Assembly: GCA_038496445.1 (NCBI GenBank)
Contig: JALMLS010000271.1
Coordinates: 1-64,000 of the forward strand
DNA from: Trichosphaerium sp. ATCC 40318
Taxonomy: Eukaryota; Protista; Tubulinea
Length of the DNA stretch: 64,000 nt
Direction of reading: 5' to 3'
Part shown: positions 36,159 to 50,065 of the stretch, piece by piece
Numbering within the stretch: the stretch's first letter is position 1
Layout: each line of letters begins with the position of its first letter
Made by a program: the position numbers and the translations under genes
Notes under the pieces: generated by a model
The model's database searches: none
What the model was told of the DNA's origin: nothing
Seen by the model: the letters and a program-made list of their open reading frames with translations, nothing else

Positions 36159-37804
36159 TTACATGTGCGACATTTCGCTCTGCCTTTCCGGTATTGACCC
36201 ATATTCTCCATCTACACCTCTTATTTTATTTATTATAAACATGATACCATCCTAGTCAAGAAATAGATAAGTGTTGATAAGAAAGGTTGGCTCAAAAACA
36301 GAAATTTTGCTTCTATTTGAGTTTGCGAAGAGCTCGTACCAACGTTAACCCTGGTACTTGTTTCCAAAAGTTGAAATTAGGTAACAACTCGATATTATCA
36401 CTCCAAGGTTTCTTTCTAGGCGTTGGTAAGTGGAGTGCGTTTGAGAACAATCTCAGTAGATACAAGCTTAACTACGTACTCTTTAAGTTTATTCCACGCT
36501 ACCCCACCAATGATATAAAGTATAACACCAACGAAAAAGACAATCAATAATATTGAACCGACACTTAGGCCACCAACTCCGCTGGAAGGGATAGAGCATG
36601 CTTCTTTTGTACGCACTGTAATCTATGCAAAAAAATACATAAAAAATATTTGAATGTGACTTGTCAAATTACGTGTAAGTACATTCACGTGATTCTGAAA
36701 TAATTTTCTGCTTTTGAAAATATGAGAGATATGTTTTCGCGGTTGATACAGTCAACAGACTAATGTTATTGTACCTTAACGTGATAAGACGATTGATTAT
36801 CAATTTCAACATTTGAGAATCCTAAAGAAAGCAATTTAGCTCATGACCATACACGAAACTTGGAAATTAGTTTGATTATTTTAAGTACCTTCATATCCAG
36901 GATCACAGATAAGGATCAAATCAGTCTTTGATGAACCATCTCCGTCTAATAATGTTAGTTGAAAAAAAAGGTAAAAAACCCAAAAATAGTCTTTGGCTCC
37001 TATTCAGTTGAGTCGGGCACTTTTTCTTTACAGTATTATACCATAACACACCAATTTTGATACAGTTTTAAATGTGTTTAAATACAATGAGCGACTTTTA
37101 TTCACGGCGAAAGAATTAAAAAACTCAAAAAAATTTTATGTTATCAAACATAGACGTACTCGATAATAATAGCTCAATACCATCTGGTACTGCTTCTCTA
37201 AACTTAAAAGAGTCCTCAACGTATAGGCCATGACATGATTGCATATATAGATCATTCCAATTTCCTTCCCAAGCCGAGCAAACACCACAAGTGTCAGGCC
37301 CTTTTTGTACTCGTTAGTACACTTTTTTTTCTTTGTTTTATCACTCTTTTTGTACGTTTTGCAACATGACGTACCCGTATTGGTACCACACGTAAATCCT
37401 TTAGGTCCACAAATAAAAAACCGATAGTCGTAGAAAGATACACCAGCAGGTTTTGCAGTAATAAGACCTTGAGCCTACAAGATAATAAAACAACAACAAG
37501 TATCGTTTTTTTTGTTAGAGTTTCAAATTCTTTCGTCAGTATCTGGTAAATTACGCTCGCTTGTAGCAAGATAGGGATAAAATAAACGTAGGAGTCGGTT
37601 TTAGGAAAACTCTCTAAATTTAAACCATGCACGTGCCTGTAAACCCGACAAGTCGTATTTTTTGCCTCCATCTACGAAGTCACGTGTTAGATACGAAAAT
37701 ACGTAGGAAACTATCTTACAAACAATGTTACTACAGTCTGGAGGGAACGCTGTTACAAATACAACATATAATATCAAAATAAGAATAGTACGCGTAAAAA
37801 ACAT
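36159..37804 (-). CDS. ATG27 / cation-dependent mannose-6-phosphate receptor-like type I membrane protein
   Basis: Signal peptide, KYDLSGL, lumenal Cys pattern, TKEAC, GGLSVGSILLIVFFVGVILYIIGGVAWN transmembrane segment, LLPNFNFWKQVPGLTL|DGIMF tail. Confidence 0.85.
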
Positions 37805-38396
37805 TCGAAAGCCCGTTTGTTAGTTGAACTTTTTTTGCTTTTAGTTACTTAATTAAGGTGCAATGAAAGTTTACTAACTTAATAGCATCATGTCATTACA
37901 TTAACACCACGTGTATGTAGCATGTTCACGCATTCCTCAGTGACATAGATACCGTGATAAAAGTACACCAACAAGTGTTCTGAAACCTTACTATAGCTAT
38001 TCAACAAGAACTTACTGCCAGACAGCATTTTGGATTGATATTTAATTCTGATTTCATATCCGCCTGTGATATCTCGTAAAAAATTGGCAAGCTAAGGTTG
38101 AAAGAAGCGTAAGTGAGCAATGCTTAAAGATATGAACAATTATCTCTATTGGAAGCGCAAACATCAAACGCATGCCTGGCATTATTTGCTTATGAAGTTT
38201 GAGTTGTACATTGTCTCAAAACCCAAACTGTCTTGCCTGAACTGAAAACAGAAGATATTGGTCTTTTGTTTTCACGTGGGTTGGTTCAACTTTTGTTTAG
38301 CTGTGGTTCCAACGTCATGATTTTCAATGTCATGCTCAAGGTCATTTACTCAGTTATTAAACATATCAAGGTTAAAGCGAGTTTATTAAGAAACAA

Positions 38397-40330
38397 CTAC
38401 AATAAGAAGTTTACCACAACAGAAAAAAGGAACAGATATTCTACTATGAGTTTATTGGCGTCGCTTGATGGTGCTAGTGTTGTTGGTGGGGGAGTATTAG
38501 GGGCAATAGTAGGAGCTAGCGTTGTTGGTGGAGTAGTAGTAGGGGCTAACGTTGGTGGAGCAGTAGTAGGTGTTCCTACAATAAAAAATGGTATTCCATC
38601 TCCTTCTACACCCTGTGATGATACACTAAGCATAGTGACGGTTCCAAACACTTCAGAAGGTACTACGCAAATCTAGGAAGTATGTTAGTGCGATAAAAAG
38701 GAGTGTAAGCCATTGTACCAGTCGTGAGTTATCATGACTTGAGATAGCATCAAAAGACTGACCATTATCGAGAACACACTTGAGATTATCATCGTAGAAG
38801 AATTGTCCGTCTATTGTCAATGTTGATCCTATTGCTGGGTCTGTTGCATTTGCAAGTCCAGGAGATGTCATATTTATAAAAAACACCAACGGTCTTGGTT
38901 TTACTAAACAAGAGTGAGCACGTCTCTGTAGTAATTAAGTTTATGACAGTTCGTACAGTTCATGCGATAACCGAGAGCTGCAAAGCCCTGTAGATCATAC
39001 ATTGTGACGCCTGTAAGCTCACCAAGTGACAGAGTTGGGTCCATTTGACCTAAAAGAAAATGAAAAAAAACCCTGTTCGAAAGTAGGAAAGAATTGTTGA
39101 AAGTACCATAGCCTCTATCATCTTCCCAGTGGCTTGCTTGATGACCATCCTCCTCTGCATCTCGCCCACGTGCAAAATAAGCACCGACCTTTCCATCACT
39201 TGTCATCACTGTAGCATTGACACCTTGTTGAAATACATCAATTTCAAATATTTGTTTCGCCTTCCGTACCTGGTTCCATAGAACGTTGACCTGACTCAAA
39301 GTCATTTGCGCCTGGAGGAAATCTACAAAAATCTAAAATACTTGGTATGGCAGTAGTTTCTGTATTATTCGGCATGCTCATGAAGTAATCAACTACAAAG
39401 AGTATCAGTCAACTGGGAAAAAAAAAGAATTGAGATGTGTACTATCATCCACGCTTGAAATAAAACCAAAGATATGACCAAACTCGTGCCACAATAAGCT
39501 GAAGAGTGACATTTTTTCGGGATCCAATCCGTCTGTGAGGTCGAGATCATAAGGAAACTCTGTATTTATTACAATAAGACCATCAGAATAACCATGTTCC
39601 AAATCAATTTCGATGCTTTCAACAGCAACCTAATTTGTGTTAGTTGTTTTTTTTTTATCCTCTCAATTGTCACATGTACTTGCCTTTGCATTCGATTTGG
39701 ATATATACACTGCATCGCTGACATTCCAGTTTACAGGTACTTTATAGTCTATAGGACGAGATATGGTGTTGTTTTCCAAACCAACAGCCTTTTCATAGTA
39801 AAATCTTCACAAATAGTTAGCGTGTAAACCTAAAGCTACTTGTTTCGTACAAGGCATCATCTTCAGGAACCATGAGAAACTCAGGACTAGCGTATCCTAG
39901 AGTTCTATTGCCTGCTTCCTCCGTGTCAATAGTGATGGTTGAGTTGATACTTGTGAGGACTAAACTCTCCTTTAAAAAAAAAGTGAGCGATCAAACACAG
40001 AATGGGTACTAACGTACCCAAACTTTAGCTACTTCTTTAATAATAGTACGAAAAGATTCTGGGACATTTGATGTGAAGTTTAAGTTTATCACAAGGCCGT
40101 CATCAGCTCCGAGATTTCTACAAAGTTTAGGCAAACTTCATTGCCAGAATACAAAACGGCGAACCTTTTTGAGTTCATTTTATGCATAAGTGCTGATCCG
40201 TCATGGATTCTCGCTGTTTTATCGAGACAATGAAACGTATCTAGCGTTACACGTTAGAAACTGGTAAACACCAACGCAAGAGCCCAAAAGTAGAAACTAG
40301 TTTTAACAATACCTGAATGATGCCCGCCAT
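38397..40330 (-). CDS. Secreted, probably GPI-anchored zinc metalloprotease resembling the bacterial NF038122 family
   Basis: LWHEFGHIFGFISSVDD (HExxH), DGHQASHWEDD, QMDPTL, DLQGFAALGY. Followed by an IPT-like beta region, P/T stalk and hydrophobic tail. 5' exons less certain. Confidence 0.75.
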
Positions 40331-40961
40331 GCGATGATACTCTAACTAAACCACGTGATTAGTATCAAGCCCAAGATATATGCGAAAACGATTCGTACCA
40401 CTCCAAAGTGTAACAATAACTAAAAAAAATAGGAACAAGTGATTCATACTGCTTGTGGTAAGTGCAGTTTTGTGTATTTGACTGAGCAGGAATGTATACA
40501 AACAAAAAATGCGAAAATAAAAAGATTGTGGCTAACAATTAACAAATCTGGATATATACTGAGTTACCATCATCACATAGGTATCTTTCTAGAGCAGAGT
40601 GGAACTCAAAGACAAAATCACGTGTCATTAATGGATTCACAAACGACAATATATGGCGAATTCTACTTGGTAAATGGTTGGCCAATACAGCGTTCATCTT
40701 TGGAAGGAGTATTGCATCCAAGTACACAACCTACAATTATAGCAGTCCACAATAGTGATACTTACAACAAATAAGCGTTAGGCGACAACCTGGTTGTCAG
40801 GTTAGAACCAACAAAGGATAGAGTAAGCAACAAGACAGGTTTGGAGGAAGACTAACGTCAAACGCAACATGAGTAAGGATTTATATCTTGTACACGTGCG
40901 TGGTATTTATGCAAAAATCCACAAATTCAATAATTGAATTGAAGCGTAATAAGAAGTTTGT

Positions 40962-41957
40962 TTATTGCAATAAAGGCTTGCTGACACCCTTTATATTTAT
41001 CTTATAGCTTATAGTATGAACGCAATCATTGCTTTTTTGTATACCAGTTCCTGTAGTATTCAACGTCCACGACATTTTCTGTTTCGAAATACATAACTTT
41101 CCTGATCGTTTCAGCTCTTTTTTAAGGTTTTCTATCTTTTCTTCTAATGTATCATCTCCTTCTACATCTTGCATTTCGGCAAAAGCAGTAAAGTACTTGT
41201 CAAACAATTTCTCCCCTTGTTCGATTACAGAAGCACGTGATAGATATACGTTTTTGACAGAGTGATTCTTTGTCTTATTGAACTCTTCTCTTATTGCTGC
41301 CATTTCATCTTCAGCCTCATCGCGATTACAATCCATGAAAGCGTCATCATCAAAATGTAAAACTTCAGTCTTAAAACTTGCTTCAATTAAAAAGCAACGT
41401 TCTGGTATGGCACGTGATATTTTCCTTTTTTTAGGTGATCTATCTTGTACTGTACTCAAAACTCTTTCTAGTCTTCCTAGAAGAATGCTTTTGCGTCCCT
41501 AACAAGACAATAAAACATCGGCGAATCCAAAAACAATAAAAAAAATAAAAAGTTGAACGAACAGTTGTTGCTCTTCCTCTCTTCGCTAACTCTTTGCGTA
41601 ATTGAACTACTGTAAGTTTGCTTGGTACAACCTCCTTATTGCTAAGCTATTTAACGCGTTATTAAATACAATTGAAACCAGAAAATGCGTGTACGTATTT
41701 AATGAACGCTACGTTCGCTTCCAAGTTCTCTGCTGGCTCCCTGGTAAACTTTTGTGAGAAAACAGCCTTTAACGTATAAAAAGGATTTAAAACCATGTAG
41801 TTTCAGTGTAGCCATCCCAAGATACTTCATACTCTGTTCTATTCTAAAATACAAGCGAAAAACGTTAGAAAAACCGTAAGTCGTTTTTAACACTCTAAAC
41901 ACTTACACGCTTTCTCCTTTCGCCAAGTATTGCCTCTACTCTGTACTCTTTGGACAT
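40962..41957 (-). CDS. Chromodomain + SAP domain nuclear protein (5 exons)
   Basis: Spliced translation MSKEYRVEAILGERRKR|NRTEYEVSWDGYTETTW|EPAENLEANVAFIKY|LSNKEVVPSKLTVVQLRKELAKRGRATT|GRKSILLGRLERVL...SPKKRK. Introns are GT-AG and in phase. Confidence 0.82.
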
Positions 41958-42213
41958 TTTAATGTGAGTGAACGAAGATAATAAAAGAACTGTCGGTCAA
42001 TACTTTTCAAAATCCGGATTAGCAGGATTTTGTTCCGGAACAAAAGTTACAAGTATAAATTCATCCTAAAACTTCGGTCGGAGGAAATTTCGTCACCGTT
42101 GTACAAGCTAAAATCATTGGTAAAACAAGGCATGATGCCTTTGGTTTAGCACCTTTTGTTGTTCATAAAAGTACAAAAAGTTAGCAATGGGATGCTCAGG
42201 AAATAGGTTTATT

Positions 42214-44171
42214 TCAATTTACTATGTCATATGTCATCTCCTGTTTTTGTCGTCTTTTCCTTATGCAATTTATGATTAACAGTGCCACGATAACAACTTT
42301 AGATATAAGTTAGTGGATTTTAGATGTACGTTTATTGACGAACTTACCAAGAAGAAGAACCATAATACCAGGAATTATGTAAATAAGGTATGAGCTACAA
42401 TTAGTGTTTCCAACTGCGTTCATTGACTTTGAAACTTTGCTTAGCATTGGACATATCTCACAAGTCGTTACATCTAACTCATTTGCGTAATTACGTCCAT
42501 CACAAGTCAAACAACCAGAAGCCGTCCTTTAAAAAAGCTTAGCACAAGGTACAATTCTTGTTTTTTTTCTTTTTTGGTACCAAATCTGCCCTAGTTTGCA
42601 GTCACCACACATAGACTTATTGAGAGGATTCTGGTGTTCAAAAGGAAGGCATACATGGCACGTGAGATTGTTATAAAAGTATTTTGTACTTGGACATTGC
42701 ACTAAGTTCAGAGTAAGTTTCGCTCCGATATTGCTTTCAAAAAGTAAGTAAGTAACTTATGAAGCGTACATTCACAAGCGAAGGTATTGTTTTCAATTGT
42801 CACATTTTCCGTTGATATAGAATACTCGACAACATTGTTTAGGCTTGTCTAAAGGATATTACAATTACTACACAGCCAATGCGTAAAAGATGACAAAAAA
42901 AGAAACATACCAGTGATTTAGATGTGCAATCAAAGTAATTGTTTGATATTGACATAGAACTTTTTGACCTAAATGCCACTAATAGTATGTGCGCAAATGT
43001 GTGATTGCCATAGAAACTATTGGAATCTACTGTGATACTTGTAAACTTTATGCCAGGACCTCCAGCTACGAGTTGTACACAACCAGTAGGCTGTTTCTCC
43101 TCAATGCATCCGAACAGGTTGTTATTACTGAACTGTATTGATGAATCGGCATCAATAAATGGGTTACTCTTATGCGCATCAAAGGTGCAATTCTTGACAA
43201 TGATATCTTTTGCTATTGGGTGGTATAAGCTAAGTACAGAGAGAAAAAGAAAAAAACTTCACTGAGAATTTTACTAAAAGTTCTTGCTTCGTAAAAAGTA
43301 GTACCTATGAATATTTGACCTGCGTTCGAGAAGGTTGACTTCTGTATGGTAATTGTAGCCAACTTAATTGGCACATCAGAGTACATTAAGAGCGTCTTTT
43401 CAATTGTGCAGTCAATGACATTTAGCGTGACAGTAAAATGAGTAAATCTTTGGATATTAACATCTATTAGAAAGCGGGTAAGAACAACCATGTGAAAACG
43501 AAAACAGGAACTGTGAAAAACAAAAAAAAAACAAGTTAAAAACTCACGGCTCTCAGTGCCAGTAACTGTGCAGTTAGATATAGTAAGGTCAAGGGTACAA
43601 CTTGTATCGTTATTAAAATTTATCGCATCAAATTCAATGTCGCTAAAACCATGTATTTTTATTGATGTGTCGCTGTATGTAAACTACAAATTGGTAAATT
43701 GTAAATCACGTGATAAAAAAAACGTCGAATTCGCAAGAACAAACCTTGAAATAGGCTACATTTAAAGCTGGAAGACCAGAACCACTCCAATCGAGGTATT
43801 GAATCGTCAAAGGACCGTTCGAGGCTGAAGACCAGAGCGTGTACTTTGTTGGCTTTGTAACTTTGTATGTACCACCTTTTATAAACTGTTAGCTGTGGTA
43901 AGGATAAATACGCGTACCTGTTACGCATATTGTACAAGAAGTATGAGAACATCTGTTGGTTTTATCAAGAGCCTGATCTATACTTCCAACTGGAGATGCC
44001 ATTGATCCATTCTTATTTATGTTGTTAGCACGGTTGTAGCATGATTCTATTCAGTACGTTGTTTCTACTCCCGTTTGGCGAGACATAGATATCACATGAT
44101 GCCAAACTGCTTTTTATTACGATAGAAAGGGTAAATAGAAATACGAGAATGATAACTTGACGTGTTGCCAT
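42214..44171 (-). CDS. Type I membrane surface protein (beta-helix/pectin-lyase-like repeats, Cys-rich region, TM)
   Basis: Signal peptide, IYVSPNGS...GSMASPVGSIDQAL...GGTY N-cap, ISNCT/IDCT/VKNCTF repeats, CxxC-rich segment, TM YLIYIIPGIMVLLL, basic tail. Internal exons partly inferred. Confidence 0.7.
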
Positions 44172-44823
44172 CACTTTGTTACGAACTACAAATTACATAA
44201 AAAAAATGTGAACAAGCTGAATACCCCAAATTCGGACAAGAATACTAACGCTATCTAAATCGTACAAAATAAGCTTTGATTGATATGTATCCGCAATACC
44301 GGAAAAATAAATGTAACGAAAACTCATTCAAATTAGACTACCAAAACTGCAAGCACTAACACTTTACAAGATTGAAATTAAGCTTTGATTGTATTGTCAG
44401 AACGACACAGGAAACCAGATTTTAACTATCTGGGTTTTTGAGTTATCCCAAGAATTCGTAAAAAGATCACCAGCACAATTTTAAGTTCGTGATATCCTGA
44501 AAGTATACCTACTAGCTCAATGTAGCGCAGATGTAACTGTCAAAGAATGACAATTTTGCTATAACTAGCAGCCGGCTTGCTGGGCGGAGAAATTAGTGGA
44601 CCACGTGATTTTAAAAACCCAAGCCATTTTTTGTTTTATTTTACATTTTTAGTACGGTTGCAAGGCGTCTGTACACAATATCGCATCCAGAGGTACCTTG
44701 AGTGGTTTTGGAATTGTCAATACGGTTTTTTCGTTAATACTCCTCTTGACGCTGTGATTGTACCAGCACTAGCGTGTGGCAAGCAGTATGTTAACAAATA
44801 ACAAGTAATTCATTCCCTTTTCG

Positions 44824-47816
44824 TCTAGCTCGGCCCTTTGGGGCGCTTCTTTGGTGAGTGTAGTATTTACAAAGCGCACCATACGTAAAATACTGCAATG
44901 GTATTGTTAGATGTGCTTGACTTTGTATTTTTGTACCTTGACTACGTAAACAGTTCTTTTAACCTAGATATATCTACGACTTACGTTACCGTTTTTTTAT
45001 TGTCTTTCGGTACATAAGCATGGCAAGCAAGGCGTGTTGTGGAATGTGATGCTTTCACATTACGCTTGTTTTGCCAGGTTGAACAGATTTGGGGCATTGT
45101 GAGAACTAGCAGAACTTACAAGGGACCTTTCGACACTGACTTTGTTGGGTACCACCTTTTATCAACCTGTTAGCCTTTTCAGGAGAAGTACCCGTACCTG
45201 TTACGAATATTGTACAAGAAGTATGAGAACATTGGTTTTATCTGATCAATACTTCCACTGGCGATACCATCACTCCATTTTTATTATATTGTTAGCAATA
45301 GCTTGTAAACGCTACCATCATTACAAATAAACATGTACGTTTTAACAACAACTAGCAAAAAGAAGTTATTGTTTAGTTGCATGTTATGCGAACCAAAACA
45401 TTGTCGCTAAGGCTATCTACGTGTGTAAATAGCTATCGCAAGGGTTTACGGCTATTGTACATGTGCATTATCCGTATTTGAGTAATTACAACAGTTATTT
45501 CAGTGAAATGTATCGATAACAACCAGAAAACAGAAGTTATCGTTTAGTAGCACGTTTTTCGAACCAAAACTTCGCTGTTTCGGTTCCCACATGTGTAAAT
45601 ACCTATCACAAGCCTTTAAGAGCGTTTTGAAATGTGCATTATCCATATTTGAGTAATTGCAATAGAATTTTCAGTGAAGTACGCTCTGTATCCCACAATT
45701 TATTTCTCACACGTTTTTATGGGTATAAAATGAAACGAAAATAGTTGATAAATTGTAGTAGTTGCAGTGTGTGCACCACGCGTGGGGCTTCCTAGCCATT
45801 TGGTCGAAAATAATTTAAGGGAGTCCTCCGTCTAGCTTAGTGGGTGTATGCATTGCGAGGTGGAATTGTTAAAAGTTCCATCTTAATCCGACGTAGTGTG
45901 AAAGCTTGAATCGTTACATTAGCCAGCATGTCCTCGTAAGTAGCACGTAATTAACTTAGGAACTCGGTCTGGGCCAAGAAAATTATAAGGTCCGATACAG
46001 AGGTGAGTTCTGCCGTTAGGGAAAAGCTCTATATAAACCTTAATTAGGCATACCAGCCTATGATCGTTCTTTTGCTCTTCAACATGTTGTGGATTAAGAA
46101 GGAGTTTTTTTGTGGAAGAAATACGCCGCTGATACTACCAAAAACGTTGAGTTATCACATAACCTTAAATCTCACTGTTTTAAAATCAAAGACTTTTCGG
46201 GTTTGGCAATTCCAACAAAAATTATAACGCTGGAATATGACTTTGGTGCTACGCTTGGAAAACAACATAGTTTGCAAATTGTTCCATCTACTTCATCTGT
46301 GTAGTTCTTGTCCTCACAAGTGAAGCAACCAGAAGATGTCCTTTAAAAAATGAGTATTATTGAAAGAAACTAAACATCAATGTTCTGCACTCTTTCCAAT
46401 CTCCTTTTTGTGTACCACTCTTGAAATACCCTCGACGAGCCTTTTTACCATCTGAATAGTACTCCATATACTTACCTTCAATATTACCATCCTTGCAGGT
46501 GTACTTAGCACTCAACTTTCCATTAGGATACCACTGTGATTTCAAAACACCATTTTCGTGCCACTCTTTTCTCTCGCCGTTTCCTTTCTCATCAAGAATA
46601 TGCTCTTTGATCATCAGACCGATAACAAGATACTCTTTGTACATAAACTCCTTTCCGTTCTCGTAAATACCTTCACTTGAGATTCGACCATTCTTATGAT
46701 AACACGTGAGCTTTCCATCTTTTTCATCATTAACATATGAACTGACACTCTTCATCTGACCGTTAGAGTACCATGTCTGCTGGTTACCATGGAGCTCACC
46801 GTTCTTAAAATATAACTCACGTACCACCGTCCCATTAGAGTACCACTCTAACGTCTTACCATGTTGTTTACCATGCTTCCAAAGAGTGTGAGAAAGTTTG
46901 ATCATTTTACGTCTATGCTTGTAATATCTAAACCAAGCACCATGTTTGTCAAAGGTACTGTCGAATCGTGTATCTAAAGCCGCTTCTTTTGATAGCAAAG
47001 GCCACTTGATGTAAACGTCTGGTGATAAATCAAGGAGTATTAATTGAATCTCGACTGGTAGGCGTTTTAGTAATGATTCTGGACATTATTGAACCGTTTT
47101 CTAAGATTAGAACAATATTAGCTTCAAATACAAACTTATCCTTTGTACACCATCACGTTTCTCTTCATACATCGTAACGGACATTAATTGATGTATTATG
47201 TGTCTCTACAGTTACAGAATGTCAAAGAAAGTCAAAGACCTAACGTTCTTGTCCTTGACAAGGGGTATGATTTCTATTTCATTTCAAAGAACTAACGCCG
47301 GGGTTGCGTGGACCATCCAAAACGCAATGAACATTGCTCGGAGAACATGACCTTATATTGTTTTTTCAAGTTTGTTGATTTGCATTAATAGGTTTGCCAT
47401 TACAGGCGCAACACAGTCTGTTGTATACAAGCATAATTGGCCCTCCCGTAGCACACTTGGCGGACTTTTGCTACAAAGTTTCCAAGTTTGGATTGTTCGT
47501 CTCTTAAACACCACTGGTGGTACTTCAATGCTATGTCAGATGTTAATGATGAATACTTTAAAGCGTTTAGCACATGTTGCGCTAATCATGAAGAGTTAAT
47601 TGAGCCTCAAGCACTTTGAAGGTAACAATTATGAGTATGCAATGAATATACTAGAATTGTTGTAGTTTTTTTGCTTTCCTGATATGTAGTTTATCACAGG
47701 TCATCACGTGAATCGTATAAATCACAACACTACAAAACTATTTCCTCTAGATGTACAAATACACGACAATAGTGTCAGCACATGCTAAAAATTCTCGAAA
47801 CTTCTCAATGACAGTG
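44824..47816 (-). repeat. Inverted segmental duplication of ~29228-30720 and ~31275-32680
   Basis: Long near-identical reverse-complement matches, e.g. 45760-46080 vs 31430-31750 and 46390-47180 vs 29741-30720. Confidence 0.9.
46357..47184 (-). pseudogene. Duplicate of the 29741 MORN gene with a nonsense codon, internal deletion and truncated end
   Basis: CAA>TAA early in exon 2. About 180-bp deletion joining LKSQ to WYPNG. Homology stops after GDWKE. Confidence 0.75.
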
Positions 47817-47877
47817 TTACAATGGCTTATAAATATTGCCTATTTATTATCTAATTACAAATAAATTGAACTAGTTA

Positions 47878-48983
47878 CTAGATGTATCTACAATATTGAA
47901 TACCCATTGACTCAACAGCTTCTATTGTAAGTTTGGTAGTTTTCAATCCTGCAACCTGTTTTAAAGATGGTAAGTGCTTCAAGCAACCATTTGTAATCTG
48001 TGGACAGTTCTCCAGGGCTAAGCGCTCAATGTTGACCAATGTCTTAAAACCCAAGTCTGTTATCTTAGGGGAACCATGCAAATCAAGGTATTTGACATTG
48101 GTCAATGATTTGATTCCATCATCTGTTATACTAAATCCTTTACAGACACAGACAGTGTGTACATCACCAAGTTGTTTGAGCCATGAGTCTCTTGGGAAAG
48201 AAAGACTAATCTCATGAACGCCTTTGAGTGCTTTGATTCCTTCAACTGTAATCTTACTGCATTCATATAGGTTAATAGTGTGTACACCAACAAGACTTTG
48301 GAGTGCTTTATCCGTTACTGAGGTAAAAGAAAGGTTGATGGTATGAACACCTGCAAGAGGTATAACACCTTCGTCTGTAATCTCGCAATGGCTCAAGTCA
48401 AGTGTATGAACTCCAACAAGTGCTTTGACTCCTTCATCTGTCACTGGTGTACAACAAAGGTTAATAGTATGAACACCTGCAAGAGGTATAACACCTTCGT
48501 CTGTAATCTTGCAATGGCTCAAGTCAAGTGTATGAACTCCAACAAGTGCTTTGACTCCTTCATCTGTCACTGAAACCCGAGAAAGGTCAATTGTATGAAC
48601 TCCTGCAAATTGTTCCACAATCTTGTCAGAAGGAAAAAATTGGAAAACCCAATTTTTTCCAAAATAGATTCTTGTGTGTTTCATGATTCCACAATGCTTT
48701 ACAACTTGTTTAACTTGTTCTTCTGTTTTTATACGTATACTATGGTATCCAATAATGTCGTGAATGATAGAAGAAAGGATACGACATGCTTGACAAGCCG
48801 CAAATCGAGATTTGGTTGTGTGACTTAGAATAATCGCTAGAATCTCAGTAGGCATGTCCAGTAATGTTTTTTGAGTGCTACAAATTATTTTAGAACAATA
48901 CAATCAACAAAAAACGTTTACCTTTGATTTAATGTATCAGACGCCAAATCACACGGTTTTTTATTACCTTTTGTGCGATCCAT
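47878..48983 (-). CDS. F-box + LRR protein
   Basis: Exon 1 MDRTKGNKKPCDLASDTLNQ, then an intron, then the ORF-track frame. Contains a near-exact 126-bp (2-repeat) internal duplication. Confidence 0.88.
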
Positions 48984-49460
48984 AGCGCCACGTGTACTTA
49001 TAATAATAATTGATTTGTTTTGACTAACGAAAAATACTTGGGTTTGCACTACTTTTCGCACGACGACACATTTTCCACATGGAATAAAATCCACTCGGAT
49101 TATTTGTACTCCCAGTTTTGGTTTAGCACTTTAGGATGGGACAGCGAATGCAAGTAATACAGAGCACCTGTTCGCTTTCGGTCGAGCCCGTCGCTTTGCT
49201 CTGGACAAGAACCCGACCTTCACGCCGCTTGTTATTTCCCTCCGTTACATTATCACATGCGGAATTAAGCTGAATTCCAATCTTTTTTTTGTAGAAATTA
49301 GTTGAAGTGTGCTTCTATTATTGGCACGTGACATGACACAAATACAAAAAATCATCCCGCTAATAACACGCACAGTTTTAAATAACTGTCAGGTATTAAC
49401 TATGTACTTATCAAAGACTCCTTTGTTCACAGTTTTTTCATTTTTTGAAGGGAATACTAA

Positions 49461-50015
<555 letters not shown>

Positions 50016-50065
50016 GCACCAACTTGTACATTGTAAATAAAAGATAACAGATCTTTACTCAAAGA

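Noticed and set aside
40439-40774. 111-aa plus-strand ORF and the many other 60-170 aa ORF-track entries antisense to called genes
   Set aside because: No motifs or consistent splice structure. Most are shadows of real exons or intron read-through.
49160-49285. GC-rich island with hairpins
   Set aside because: On the minus strand it reads as an open, AG/GT-bounded exon-like fragment, more likely a gene remnant than an ncRNA.
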